A stretch of 56,070 nucleotides of DNA, filler included, from Sluysia triapertura (GCA_046118255.1; 4 parts of 4 records of this genome joined end to end with filler, not necessarily neighbours in it); one strand, 5' to 3'; counted from the whole stretch's first letter, positions 27,700-41,533 are shown. Program-made: numbers and translations. Notes: generated by a model not told the origin, from the sequence alone.

Positions 27700-28657
27700 T
27701 GATCTTATTAAAAAATTGTAGCTATAAAACGTAAAACATATATTGACTAAAACATAACAAGAACTAGAATTTTCAATTAGATGATAAAGATATGATAAAT
27801 AAAGTTGTTTAATTTCCTTTGAATATGCCGCCGAAAGTACTTTGCTTATTTTTCTAAATAACAATAAGAACATAATTATAATCATAAAATAAAATTAACA
27901 AAATGTAAGGATTTACCTTAAGTATGTCAAAACTTTGAGGACTGAACAAAGTGTGGTTTTGTTGGTTATAGGCAATTGCATGACAAACTCTAGTATTGTT
28001 CTTAGACTTTATAGTAAGTCTTAGATTCGTTTACCATGATCATCGATATTTGGCATGGAGTAAACAGAATGTAGCCTTGGAGATCAAAAGTACCAAGTGA
28101 ATAGATACATTTATAGCCGTATTTGATACATTCGCCTGCTTCTGTTGACTCATAAATATACAGTGCAGTTTTATAAAATCTTGGATGGAATTTGTTTTCA
28201 CTGTTTCAGATCTTGATACGCGCGTATTGTTGATTGATTTCATTTGCCATACTATTTGATTTTGAAGGGATATCAGTAGCCGATAGGACTTGGTTATTAC
28301 TTATTCTGATAAAAGTGTTAGGCGTTAGCGTTGAAGTTGAAATTGAATGATTAATACTTGCTACGTTTCTAACGACATCGTGACCAATATTTGTACAAAA
28401 AACATCAGGTGAAATCGCCGCGATACTATCATTAAAATTAATTGAAGTTACTTGATTTTACAGAATTTATTTTCTATACTAACATTTTTCTTTCTTTTAG
28501 TTAATTCATTATTATATTCAACAGCCTTTTGTAGCAATTTTGAAAGGAATGCCTCATTATTTCTCAAAGTTTGAATGAACTCATGTAATTCTGTATAAAT
28601 ATTTTTTATACTGACTTTTCGCTTTATTTCTAATTGAATAAAATAATCGTTTCTCAA
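27700..28657 (-). pseudogene. Decayed gene with Unkempt-type CCCH zinc finger
   Basis: About 28075-28192 reads FHPRFYKTALYIYESTEAGECIKYGYKCIYSLGTFDL, versus remembered Unkempt YHLRYYKTGICIHETDSKGNCTKNGLHCAFAHGPHDL (C-x9-C-x6-C-x3-H). Two ligands mutated; stops nearby. Confidence 0.65.
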
Positions 28658-29469
28658 TCTATTTTCAAATGATAAATGATATATTTGAGCTTAAGTAAGT
28701 ATGAGCTTGATGATGTTCATCGTAGTCATAATAATATTCATAATCATCATTATCATAATTGTCGTCACAAGTAGTTATTTCTTTATAAATTTTGCGTGAC
28801 ATTTACGATCAAAGTTCATTTTGAAGTATATCTTTTTAAATCTAAATTTTGTAACAATAATCTTTTTAAAATTCTAAGTAAATATCAATTAAGTGAGCTC
28901 TATAACTGAATGTATTTTTCTTTTTCATTAATTTTGAGTAAATAATAATTGTGGTATCAACAATAATGGTGAACGAATTTTATTGAACTACAATTAAAAA
29001 TTATTGCTATTAGTTGACCGATTACTGCGTTGTGTTGCTGCAAAGGCACAAGTACTGTTACTATGCAAAGTCAATTTATACTGATTCTAAGCTGTCAAAA
29101 TTGACGGAAACTCGATTTTTTTAATAATGCAAATCTGTCAAGAAGGACAGTTAAATAGTTGCCAAGAATACATAAAATGTTAATGATAGTTAATAATTCG
29201 ATTTGTAATAATGATAGTAATAATAATAATGCAAAATTTACTCTACTATTGCAAAGTGTTTCTGAAGGTCCGTCCGACTAATTAGGTAGGATTTATATCA
29301 GAAAGAAGACGCCCTAATTATATTTAAACTTTAGAGGAATTTGTTAGTGCTATGATATAATAATACTGGTAGAGAATGCCTTAACAATTCAGGTTGAAGA
29401 AGGACTAATTTGGCCTTAGACAAATAATGCTTTAAAAAATAATATTAATATACAATAGGTACTCGTTGA

Positions 29470-29753
29470 ACCAGCATTTTTACGGTCTGGTCAATTTCTA
29501 ATTATATTAAGCTTTAAACCAGCCTTTTTACGGTCTGGTCCATTATCAATTATTTTAAATATCACGAAAATCAAACCTAAATAATGGCTTTTATTTGTTA
29601 TGTTACACGAAATATTGCAAAACAATAGGATAACGTTACAATAAATAATATTATAATAGATATACTGATTTTATCAACTTAAGCTTACTGCTTAGTTGAA
29701 TTCAAAATTCTTAGATTTTAGTGGAATTTGACCTAGCCTGTTACGGTCTAGGT
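29470..29753 (+). repeat. Second array of three bulged hairpins, inverted relative to 20201-20322
   Basis: ACCAGCATTTTTACGGTCTGGT, ACCAGCCTTTTTACGGTCTGGT, ACCTAGCCTGTTACGGTCTAGGT. Confidence 0.8.
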
Positions 29754-30632
29754 ATAAACAAACAATTATTTTAAGTAAAAATTTTAAAATCTCTATTAGA
29801 TTACAATTAGAGAAATGTTAATATACGACCTTATATAAATAAAATTACTTCTGCATGGATGGAAAAAATTATATTTTCGTTGGAAAAATTATATCTTCTT
29901 TGAGCCGATATTTTTGTTATTCCCTTATTGCCTTTTTCCTAAATTTCGCTTGTCAAATTTTTACTTAAAATCTTACCTATTTATACTATTTCAACTCCTC
30001 CATTTTGGAATTATTTCATTAAAACAATAATAAATTATTGAAACAAAAGTTTTCATTTTAATAAATTTTTTACTTTTACTTTAATACTAATAATATTTAT
30101 TTTTCTAAAATAAAAATAAATAAAATAATTGCTAATAATAAATAAATAAAGTAATTGTTAATGACAAATCAAATTGTTATTTATTATCAAATAATTAAAT
30201 CATTTGTTTTCTGCTTATATATCCATTACCATTGTCCATTTTATTTTTTATTAATCCAATCCATTCTAACAAATAAAAAATCCATTCTAACAATAATAAA
30301 AGTAAAAATCAAATAAATTCTTTTAACACATTCTTCTTTTATTTAAAAATTTCTTAATAAAATGTTCTTTATTAAAATATTAATTTGTGAGAAATAAAAG
30401 TCAATAGAATAAAATTTAAATTTAAATTAAAGCTGTGAGTTCACCAACATAGTGGACTCACCAGCGAGTGCCAGCCGTTGGATTTTGTAAAGTAAAGTAA
30501 TGGAGGTCAAGTCAAAAAACGATTAAATTTTCTTAGATATATATTAATTGTTTCAAATTGTAGGGAACTCGTCATTCGGTAATCATCACAATTCATCACA
30601 CAATATTCATAATAACTCATCTCATAAAATTC

Positions 30633-30732
30633 NNNNNNNNNNNNNNNNNNNNNNNNNNNNNNNNNNNNNNNNNNNNTTAATTAATTAANNNNNNNNNNNN
30701 NNNNNNNNNNNNNNNNNNNNNNNNNNNNNNNN
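30633..30732. other. Artificial contig-joining spacer
   Basis: Same N44-TTAATTAATTAA-N44 structure. Confidence 0.97.
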
Positions 30733-31159
30733 TTGTAAGGTTTATATTATGATTGCGATTTGTTTATTGAAATGTTTGGTGAATGAATATTGTGGATTGT
30801 TTTAGCTGAGTATTGAAGTTTGTTATGTTAGAAATGATTGAGATATTAGGTGCTTTGTTGCTGTATACGAGTTGATGAGGTGTAATGATTATCTGATGTT
30901 GATTTATAGTATTTGCGCAAGTGTATTTCGGGAGTAAAAAGATGATTATTATGAGAATTGTATTTTAGTGAAATTTGATTTATGAATGTTAGGTGTAGTA
31001 TTTTGATTGGGCTTGGATTATGAGTGTTGACTACAACATGTATAACGACTAGTGTCACAAGAAATGTGGTTATTCATGTTGTAATATGAATAAAGAAATT
31101 TTAAATAGAATTTCGAATGTGTAAATTTTATTTCTTAATAATCTTTATAATTTAAATAT

Positions 31160-32390
31160 ATTTTATTCTTGAAAAACATCGTTTATGTTTGATTAAATGA
31201 ATAAAGAAATCTACTTTTATTACATTTATTTTTAAAGTTTGATATACAAATAATTTTAAGATCGATTTATAGAGTATCTTCTTGACATGTTTCGAGGTCA
31301 AAGTTTTCAAGTCTCTAAATAACAATAGAGGATAAATAAACTTTACTATAAGAATATAAGTGTAATAGTTAATAATAATTACTTTTAAACTTTGAGAATT
31401 ATAATTGTTGAAAAATTGCTCGTTTAAAGTAGATATTAATTGTTGAATCCTTTGGTGATGATCTGTTAAATAAGACTTAACGAAATTTTCCGACAATTGA
31501 GCTGTGTTATGTGAGTATGGACAATTATTTCCGTATCTTGAATAGCTTCCATCTGGATTGCTAGTGTAAAGACAGCAGCCCGATTTGAACTGTCTTAATT
31601 TGTCAACTAGATCTAATCGCTTTATTTGAGTATCAATAGTCGAAACATCATTTTGAACTATATTTTCCTTTAAAAACAATTCGTCAATGAATATAGAACC
31701 GCTAAATGAAAAATTTAAGGGGTTCCAATCTCCAGATTGGAAAACTTGTATTCGGTTATGTTGTATTCGTTTTTTATTTCCAACATAATGAAGTCATCTT
31801 GTATATTCATTAATATTATATTCAAATCATGTTTACGAATTAAGAAATGATAAAAAGACCATTATTACTTAATTTAGAACTTTTATAGATAATTCTTAAT
31901 TCATTTTCATTACTAACAATTAACATTAATAAAATAAAACTTTTAACATTAATTTTCAACAAATTTACAAACAAATAACAAAATCGTTTTCTATTAACTC
32001 CAAAATAAATGTAATTACATAAATTTATTTCAAACTTTCTTTTAGAAATATTATCTTTGATGACTTTATTTGCTTCTACCAAAATACATTCACCGCTAAT
32101 ATTTTTTAGACCATAAGCATTTCGTTTGATCTTATATAAATTTTCTTGGAAATATGAACTAAACTGTTTCAAAACTCTTCGAAAAATTCTGAAATATAGT
32201 AAACTTGTTAAATTATATTCTACACTTAGAACAATATTGTTTCCAACAAAATGTATAACACCGTTATCTAAATCTTTATTGTCGATGTATCGATTATTCA
32301 CAATATTGTTTTTATTTCGGCATTTATTCCTTTTTCCTTTATGATTTTAACTCGTACACTGTGCCCATCAATGACGTCATGAAATTGTAG
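31160..32390 (-). pseudogene. Decayed intron-containing gene with a second Unkempt-type CCCH finger
   Basis: KLRQFKSGCCLYTSNPDGSYSRYGNNCPYSH has C-x9-(Y for C)-x6-C-x3-H spacing. After a gt...ag intron, a further remnant KIICISNFKNKCNKSRFLYS. Confidence 0.55.
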
Positions 32391-33199
32391 AGTAATTAAT
32401 TAAAAGTTTTCTTTATAATTTAATCTTTACACTACTGTAACATGTGATTCAGTATTTGAAAAGCATAGTAATTGGTGTTCTTTGATCATTAATTGAAGAG
32501 ATAATAAATAATTAAATAATAAATCCCATTATTTAAATTTTTGTCTTCTGACAACTTTACAGCTTTAATTTCCTCTTATTTACAGTATTCTTTAGCAATA
32601 ATCATCTTTGAATTTATTTCATAAACACTAGCATTTACTAGATCGAGTATTCTATTTAAAACATCAATGTCATCGACAGAGAGCATGTTTGAAAATTTAC
32701 AATAAACGAAGAGTGAATTACGACGGAGCACTGTACACTTGTTTTTACCACCTTAAAAAATTAACTATATAAAATTACTACTATATTTAGTACTATGATG
32801 ATAAACTGTTGTAACTGGCTATCCAACCAGAGGTATAAAAATAATGAAAACGATCACTCTGGTTGGACGCATACTAATAACACCATTTATGTTTCACAAT
32901 GAAGACCAACCACCATTAACAATGACATCGAACTGTATATACGAAATAATAGTGTCATCGTCAATGCTGGTAGTTACAAAATTGATAATTAATAATTTAA
33001 AAATAATGAAAAATTAAAATGATAATAATAATAACAATGGTGTTATTATTATTGTTATAAATACATAAACCCTGAAAAATGCTTTAATAAGCACGAACTT
33101 ATCTAGACATATTTAAAGTTCTTAACATATTTGAAATATCTTTATTTACAGTAATGCTAGTTCTTTTTGATTACTATGTCTTAAATTGATTTTATAATG

Positions 33200-33516
33200 T
33201 AACTTTAATATTCGATGAATGTTGGAAATTATGATTTGGATTATGAAATGTTTTGGATTAGTTTGATAGTTTATTTGATAGTTTAAGATGTAAATTGTAG
33301 TTTTAATGTTCTAAGATTATCAATTAAAATGTTCTAAATGTGTATTAATGATTTTGGATGTAAGTATGGTTTTGATGTAAAGTTGTGAATTTTAAAATGT
33401 TTTGATATGAGGAAAAGTTTTAATATGTTGGAGAAGGTGAGATGTATGATGTAAGAAGATGTGATATTTTGTACGAGTTATTAGTTTAAATTCCAAGTGA
33501 AAAGTTGGCCACCACA
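33200..33516 (-). repeat. LTR-like family member
   Basis: G/T-skewed tract ending GTTGGCCACCACA. Confidence 0.55.
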
Positions 33517-33936
33517 ATTCACAATTATAATATCTTAATCTGTCTCAAGTGTTTAACAGGCCAAGATATGAGCGTGAAGTTAGCTTAAGAAGACAATATA
33601 AATGAAAATCAATTAGTCTCCAAAATCATTCATGTAACTTTTGGTAACTTCCATTATGTTATTTTATAATTATTTTCAAGTTTAAGAATTTTGTGTGTTT
33701 AAATATTTTAAGGATTTGATTTAAGGTTTAGTTCGTTATGTGTGACATTTTTGTAGAAATATAGTTTTAAGTTCTATATTCTATAGTTATATATTCTATT
33801 TTAAGCAAGCAAATTATTTAAAAAAAGCAAAATATTTTTTAAAAGTAGTGAATACGAAAAGTTGATCATATCATGTACAATTTTAGGTAATTTAAATAAA
33901 AATAAAAAACTTTAAATGTTTTCATTTTAATTTCAG

Positions 33937-34125
33937 GTGCTGTAACACTTTTCGTGGCCTTGATCATTTTGGCAATTCTTTATTATTTTAAATACGTATC
34001 TGGAACATTATTCGTAACTTATTATTATCATATAGTGGCGAGTACAATAATACTATCGTATTTCATGACAATCATAGTATTCTTAAAATCATTTAATAAA
34101 TCGGCTATTTTAATTAATAAAAATG
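33937..34125 (+). CDS. Isolated two-TM exon, possibly ERG4/ERG24 family (LBR/TM7SF2-like)
   Basis: tttcag|...|gttag, 189 nt, open: (G)AVTLFVALIILAILYYFKYVSGTLFVTYYYHIVASTIILSYFMTIIVFLKSFNKSAILINKN. Family call rests on hydropathy pattern only. Confidence 0.3.
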
Positions 34126-35879
34126 GTTAGTATTCTTTTTGATGAATAATTTAAACATACTTGACTTGAGGCTTTGTCAGGTCTATTTTTACAAATTTCC
34201 AATTATAAATTTCATAATTTTTTTTACTTTTGAAAAAATTTAATAAGTTAAATAGAGGCATCCGAATAACTCTATTTAACTATTTTATCGAAATAAAGAA
34301 ATTTTATTTTTTGTGGGGAGGACTTCATGCTCTTAATAATTTTATCGTTATAGTAAAATTTCATTTTTTGTGAATTATAGAAAAGATTAAATTTAATTAA
34401 ATCTCGTATTATTTTTATTTTAAAATTGTTAACAATTAACTTAACTTTATTAACAAAATTTTTAGACTTACAGCCTTTAACAAAAGTTAAAAATTTATTC
34501 TAAATAAATCACAACTTTTATTTACGAAAACATAAAATAAAATTAATAAGATAATAGTTATTATTATGACAATAATTATGATAATTAAATTCATATTTAA
34601 TTAAATATTTAATTCTACTCCTGATCGTCGATGGGGACACTACAACAATTTCTGCATAACATTAATACAAGTTGAAAGTGCGACACCTCGCAACAAAATT
34701 TGATGTCGTCTTTCATAGTTCTAAAAAGGTTGTATAAAAATAAAGATAAAACATACTGTGCAAGTTTTGTATAGGGAAATTCCAGATAAACTTTATCGCA
34801 TGATAAAAATTTCTCAATGATTTTGAAATTCGCATACAAAATCTTAAATCCATCTTAATACACTAAAAATCAAAATCTTATATCTAAAATCATTAAAATT
34901 ATATTTAAGATATTAAAAACATTAAAATTGCATTTTAAATCTCAAAGTAATAGTAATATAAATGGAATTTTTTTATACCTTTAACTTCATTAATTCTAAT
35001 TCACAACTCTTTCATAATTATATATTATTGTAGTGAACAATATTCACCACCAACAAACATGTCTTATCACAGCGATCAAAGCCAATAACTTTTAGCACAA
35101 TTATTCTAACATAGGAACTAAATAGATAAAAGGTCAGAAAAACATTTGAAAAGTTGAGATAATTTGAAACCATAAGAAACTTATTCATCTAAAAAGATTT
35201 AAGAAGTAAATAATTAAGAAATTAAGCAAATAAAGATATTGAATTTAATGAAAGAAATTAAAAGAAAGAATTGTGTTCGAGAAAGACTTTCATACAATTT
35301 TACTTTATTTCACTATTTCATGTATTTGTATTTTGAAGATTTCAACAAAAAGACAAAGAATTTTAATTTCAAAGAAAGAAAGAAAAATAGCTTATGCGTT
35401 TTTTAATTTTTATTAATTTTATTTTTATTCTATTTTTATATTATTTTATTATCCACACTACTACATTTTTATTACTAATCATTATTGTCATTATCAATCA
35501 TGACTACATTTATTATTTTTATTTTTAATTACATTATATGTCAGACATTACATAAATCTGACATATTTCCGACATGAACAATTATCAGCTGCCGTCATTG
35601 CACAACTTTATTGAAAACTACATCGCAACAATACAGTTGCCTTATTATTGGTCATTAGATTTCATGTTAACTTTGTGCTTTTCATTGACCAATACATTGG
35701 AGTACAATAACAATTAATTAATTAGTCAATATTAAGTAAATGATAGAACATATAAGATAAACGTGTACAAAAACACACGCACAATTATTTTAGTAGAAAC
35801 ACGGTTAAAAGATTCGTGCGCAAACTGGTAAATTCTCAAAGATATAATTTAGAAATTATAAAATTATTGATTTGATTTA

Positions 35880-36780
35880 AAATGAAAAGTTGAGCATTTT
35901 TTCATCAATATCATCTTTTATTTGATCTATCGTGTTCAGGAATTGAATTAAATCAATTGTTAAAGATAAGAACTGTTCTCCAGATTACGTCACATCAAGT
36001 TAACATTTTTAACAAATGTTAAAGTTTTAACAAATTTTAATACATTTTCAGATATTCGAAAAAAAGTGAGATATATATCCTTATTTAATGCGACATTATT
36101 CATGTCTTCAAAATAAATCAATACATTTTCAAAATTATACAAAACAAAAGTAACAAAATTGTTATTTCTTATCTCAGACGGATTCGCAATTAAATGTTTT
36201 TAACATTAATGTCATTATGAGTACATATGGTATTATCAGTTAAATAATATAAAGCTGACAGAGTATTAAAAATCATTTTTATTAGCAATACTTTAATTTC
36301 AGAATTGTTGCTTTGTTTTAAACAGTTATCAATGTGATCATAAATAAAATACCGAAAAGGATATTCCAATTGCTCAACAATTGATTGAAATTCAATCTGA
36401 ATTCGGTGATACTGAACGATGTCTAACTTTTGATTACATTTCGATTTCATGTAAAAGTTGGCTACCACTTATATCTAAAACATGCACATCATTTTCTTTG
36501 AAAAGTATTTTAAACATAGGCGTATCTGTACGAATCTTCAGAAGAAACGAACTACGATTAAAATCTGATAAAAATCGTTGAGAATTTTTAAATGTTTGTA
36601 GATTAGCTTGAGATATTACACTTAATCTCAACTTAACTAATTAACACTTATCATCTCAGGAATTAGGATCAATTAAATTGGAATCATCTCTAATTTGTAC
36701 TAATGTAACTTCGATATGATTCAATTTTAAAAAGGTCTCTATTGCTGTTCTTTCATCATCTTCTACTAATGTACCTAAAT
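35880..36780 (-). pseudogene. Protein-kinase-fold pseudogene
   Basis: Subdomain remnants in order: LLHEIEM*SKVRH (III-IV), IVQYH...IVEQLE (IV-V), LSALYYL..ICTHNDINVKNI (VIa-b), FVLYNFE (DFG position); frameshifts. Confidence 0.65.
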
Positions 36781-37371
36781 AAAGCATAAGATCAATCAAT
36801 TATGACAAGGTTTAGTTTCTTGACTTTCTCATATACTGACGGACAAATGTGTTATAGAATGATCAAACGAAGAAAACTATCATGTTCATCATCATCAGTA
36901 GTTGCTTAATACTTCAAATCATTTCAAAATTTTTTAAACTGAATAACTAAGTTAATGTTTAAATTATTTATAAAAATGCACATACCTCGATCAAGCACAA
37001 CAAATCTAATTGGTTTATTCCATCGACATCATTATCATCATCACTATCATCATAATCATCATCATTATTCTTATTATTATTCTAATTAAAAAAATATTCA
37101 ATTAAAATACAAAACTCTGTTTTATAAAATGAATTGGCTGATATTTAAGTTTTTAAAAATACAATATTGATTTTTCTATGTAGTGAGGTGAAATTATGCA
37201 AATTTGTGATTTAACAATGATGAAATTGTCTGTAAGTTGATCAATCAGCTCTTAGATGAATCAGAATGTGCAGATGCTTTTGTTTTATAAATATAATGTG
37301 TAAATTGGAAAGCTAGACATTTAAAAATTTGAATTTGATAACACCAATTTCCAAATAATTCATATCGTAAA

Positions 37372-37681
37372 AGCATCTTTCCGGACTACAAACCATATCA
37401 TTAAAATACAAAAGCTAAGATGCTGGTCTCTGTATTAAATAAATCTACTTAGGAATACTCTACCGGTGACTCTGCGGAATATAATATTTCCCAAATTGAA
37501 TTAAGTTAAGTAGTAATGATATATTAAAAAGACGAGGTAGTTTATTAGAATAGGACTTTGCATTAAAAGTGACATTTTTTATTTATTAGAGTCAGGAAAT
37601 TTTGAGGATTTTAAACATCAACGTATAAGCCGCATCCCATAAATAAGTTTTTGGGTGCGGCTTATAGTCCGGAAAAAACGG
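37372..37681. mobile_element. Tc2/pogo-like MITE
   Basis: Right TIR GGTGCGGCTTATAGTCCGGAAAAAACGG|TA; degenerate left TIR TTTCCGGACTACAAACC; internal inverted TATAAGCCGCA. Confidence 0.7.
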
Positions 37682-37899
37682 TAAGTACATCTATTCTTAA
37701 ATACCATTTTCGTTTAATTTCAATTTTCTAATATTAAATCACTTTCGTTATACGAAATAGTCAATTTACAATCTAATAAATCAAATTGAATTACTGTATG
37801 AATATTAATTCAAAAGTAACAGAATTTCCTTTTAAAACATTATTTCCATCGTTAAACTTCTTTTTATAAAATGCATTTTTAAGGTGTTCAGTAAAGTAG

Positions 37900-38346
37900 T
37901 GATATACTTACGTATTCGGTAGATAGTCACAATATTTGTACATTGGCATATCATTGAAGTACCTAACTCTGAGCAGTATTTACATAGTATTAATATATCT
38001 TATGATTTCAAATTATTCTTACTGTTTCTTTAGTGTTGTATTTCGGATACGAACATTTGTAAACATTTTGCTTTTGTATTGTTTAGCTGGTTGCGAAGTA
38101 CAATTAGTTAAAATATACTTATCTATAAATACATCAGGTGGTTGACTTCTATCACTAAGTGGAATTGGTGTTTGACCTAAAGGACATTGATATTTTCACA
38201 TCGTTTGGATTTGAACAACCATGCTGTTCATAAGAATAGTGATTTTTACAAAACATTTTCTTGCGTGATTAGCACGTAATTGGCAAAAAGTCTAATTGAG
38301 GACAGTCTGGTTTTGAGCAATATGAACTTAAATTTGGAAATTCTAT
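37900..38346 (-). pseudogene. ZFAND2: AN1-type zinc finger ZFAND2/AIRAP pseudogene (absent from ORF track)
   Basis: (ATA)EFPNLSSYCSKPDCPQLDFLPITC*SRKKMFCKNHYSYEQHGC.../QCPLGQTPIP...QPPD..IDKYILTNCTSQPAKQYKSKMFTN matches MEFPDLGAHC...LDFLP..C..C...FC..H....H.C...CPLC..P.P....PPD. Start lost, stop, frameshifts. Confidence 0.88.
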
Positions 38347-40059
38347 TTAAATTAAAGTCCAACAAGTGTAATAATCATTTTACATTATAGATATAAAAAG
38401 CATAAAAATATAAAATAAAAAATTGCGAAACAGAAGCAAGAAAGCAGTGCATCATAATGATGACAAGATGACAATGAACGTTGTGATTAATGTTTTGGTT
38501 TAAGATGTTAATATAAATAATTTTACTGGACATCTGTAATTTTGTAATCAAGAGTAATATAATGTTGTGAATGATATGGATAAGACTTGTTATGATGTAT
38601 TTTTTGTGATGAGGTTTGTGTAAATGATCGTTATGATTTATGTGATATGTAGGTAGGTGAGGGCTGAGTCACCACAGAGAGATAAAATGTTCACGAATGG
38701 GTTTGAAGTGAATTGTATTTATGCTAATGCCTATGCTTATAAATGGGTGTATTTAATAACAAAAATGATGTGTACAGATGTGACATCTTTTTACATGTGA
38801 TATTTTGTATTATTTGCATCAGTACAAGATGCTGTTTTGATGAATGATTGGTGGCAGCTCAAGATTTTTAATTACTATAAAATATCTGAGGTTGCTATGC
38901 AGTGCAAAAAATCTTATATTAACAAAGAAAATTCTTTCACAATATGATTAATTAATTTTGAGCAACATTTGCATTGTGTAAAACAGTGTTATTCGAGATT
39001 TGTTTATAATGGGTTTCAATGAAATGTTTCAAAAAACAAACATATTCCTAAGCTAAAATGAAACTTGTAATAAACAATTTTTAATAAATTGGCTGTTTTA
39101 TTTTATTACATTCAAAAATTCAATTTGGCATTTTTGAGAAAATAGGATCAAAAAATTCTTTCAAAAAGCCTTGATATTATCCAAGAAAAATTACGAAATA
39201 AAAATATTCTTTGAATTACTTTACGAAAATTATTACTTGTAATCTTAAAAATTATTTATGCCGAGTAAACATATTTTATGGTAGCGAGTAGACTATTTTA
39301 AATTCGATTTTGTTTCGTGTTTAAATCAAATTACTTGTAAAAGTGTAAACTTTTATGCCGCTCAATTTATAATCCAGTGTCTTTATATCGTGGTAGTTGC
39401 CTTTTAACTTCACCGTTGGTAGAAATAAAAGTGAACATTTTAGAATTATTCGCAAATTTCGGTAAAGCAGTTAAATAATTTAGAAATGGATTCGGGTTAC
39501 AATTCACGATTTATAACATTCAGTATGTGAGTCAGTAATCAGTACGATTATTTTAGCGAAGGGTCTTAGTAAAATTAATACAATGAATACAATAATTAAT
39601 ATTTTTACATAAAATTTTTTTACAAACATAATGTAAAGCGACAAATGAAACATAACAATATGAAATATTGTTATAATATGATTGTTATAATATGAAATAT
39701 AACAATAATTTTATATTAAAGGTTTATAAATTTTAATTTCTTTTGTGATTTTAGAAACTTTGATCTTGTATAATTGTTTAAAATATCCTTTTAAAAATAT
39801 GATTTTATGTATTATTTTATTCTTTAATAATACTTAAAATGGAATTAAACTGACGCAGGTATTTTCCGTAATACCAAATTACCAAGATATTAACAATCTA
39901 TAGTCTTGATTTTGATGATGTCGTATGTTTAATACAATAAATTTACTGAGTGTATATACTCATTTCTTTTTATAATGATTGGTTACCAATTCATTCATTT
40001 TCTATTATCAAAAAAGAATATGTTTTTTTCCTTAATTATTTTCATTTTTATTAATATTA

Positions 40060-40061
<2 letters not shown>

Positions 40062-40116
<55 letters not shown>
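40062..40116. repeat. (TTA)n microsatellite
   Basis: Direct read. Confidence 0.95.
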
Positions 40117-40117
<1 letters not shown>

Positions 40118-40786
40118 TTAGAGATGTTTTATATTTATAAATGTTTGATTTATGAAACATGGTTGGATTGAGATTTAGTGAAATAACCTGAACTGTCTTA
40201 GAATGTGGAAGGATCGAGAATTTCTTATCACGTAGTCATGAAGATGCTTTGTATTAATAGCATTATTGCCAGAATGTCGGAGTTCTGCATTAAATATATT
40301 TGTAAATGTTGTAAGACGGAAGGCCTTAATAATATTTACACGTACTTTACAAATAAGTCTTGTTAAAAGATATAAGAAGTGCTTGACTTTTTTGTTTCAT
40401 CTTTTATTGAATTTATTGTCAAGTAGTGATCTGTGATAGTAACATCTCTTCGTATTTTACCTTTTGACCTAATAGCTATTCTTTTATTTGAATCTTTTTT
40501 AAGTGTCTGCCTTCGGCTCAGATTTATTTCAATCAGTGTACCGGGTATTTGATATTTAATTTTATTTAAGGTTAGCTTTTATTTTGTTCACAATTCTTTT
40601 ATTTAAGCTTCGTGAGGGCATCATTTTAATAAGATTAGGGTGAAGTCAGAACCAATGTTTCCTCCATAAACGCACGGGCGAAAATTTGTAGCAGTCAGCA
40701 AATTTTTAAAATGTATAATATTTGTACATTGTAATTTGTTATTGTTTAACCAAATTTATATGTTTGCAATAAAATGAGTATTAGTG

Positions 40787-41290
40787 TGCGGTGGCCAACC
40801 CAATACTTTAAGAATTTTATTTCAACAAGATATAAATCACTCTTCAGAATGTTTCATAATTGTTATTACTGTCAAACATTTTAAACATAAAATTTCATAA
40901 CAGCAAAATTTTATTCGACATCGAAAATCATCAAACATACACTTAAAAATTAAATTGAAACATTTTAAAATTAATTCAACATATTGCACATTCTTAATAT
41001 TGTACCTATCTTTCTATCAAAACCTTTTCATGTTTTATTTCTTCAGATCCACTAGAACTATTCTCATTTTTAATACATTTTAAGTTACAAATTTACAACA
41101 CCGAAATCACTTCTATATTCAAAACCATTAACACACATTAAATTTTATTTAAAACATTTTAACCCATAATTCGTAACATCAGAATTACAATTACATTTAA
41201 AACTATCAAGCTATATTTTAAAGTATATTTTAATTCACAAGCTTTCAATTTCCAAACCATAATGTTTAATTATAATTTTTTTTATGTTTC
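40787..41290 (+). repeat. LTR-like family member nested in the hAT element
   Basis: Starts TGCGGTGGCCAACCC; C/A-skewed body shared with 5430-5742 and 46506-47521. Confidence 0.6.
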
Positions 41291-41533
41291 AAGAAATTTG
41301 ATCTAATTTGTTTAACGGAATTTTAAAAAAGAGATCAAATTTATTAATGAACTAAAGATATTATCTAAAATCAAATATAACATTTTTAAATGTAACACAC
41401 TACTAAATAGTGTTTTGCACATATTTCCGGTGAGAACTAAAAACAAAGATAAATATTTAAAATTTTATTAATGATGAAGTGCTTGCTTATTTAAGTAATA
41501 ATTACTGAAATTTAAAATTTACAAATTTTATTA

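Noticed and set aside
32895-32935. VNGGWSS resembling a thrombospondin type-1 repeat start
   Set aside because: Followed by a stop with no CSxTCG or RxRxC.
28075-38346. RIP-like directed C-to-T hypermutation (TGT to TAT, ATG to ATA)
   Set aside because: Counter-examples exist (His to Arg CGT, Cys to Arg CGC, Cys to Gly GGT); general AT drift suffices and the sample is small.
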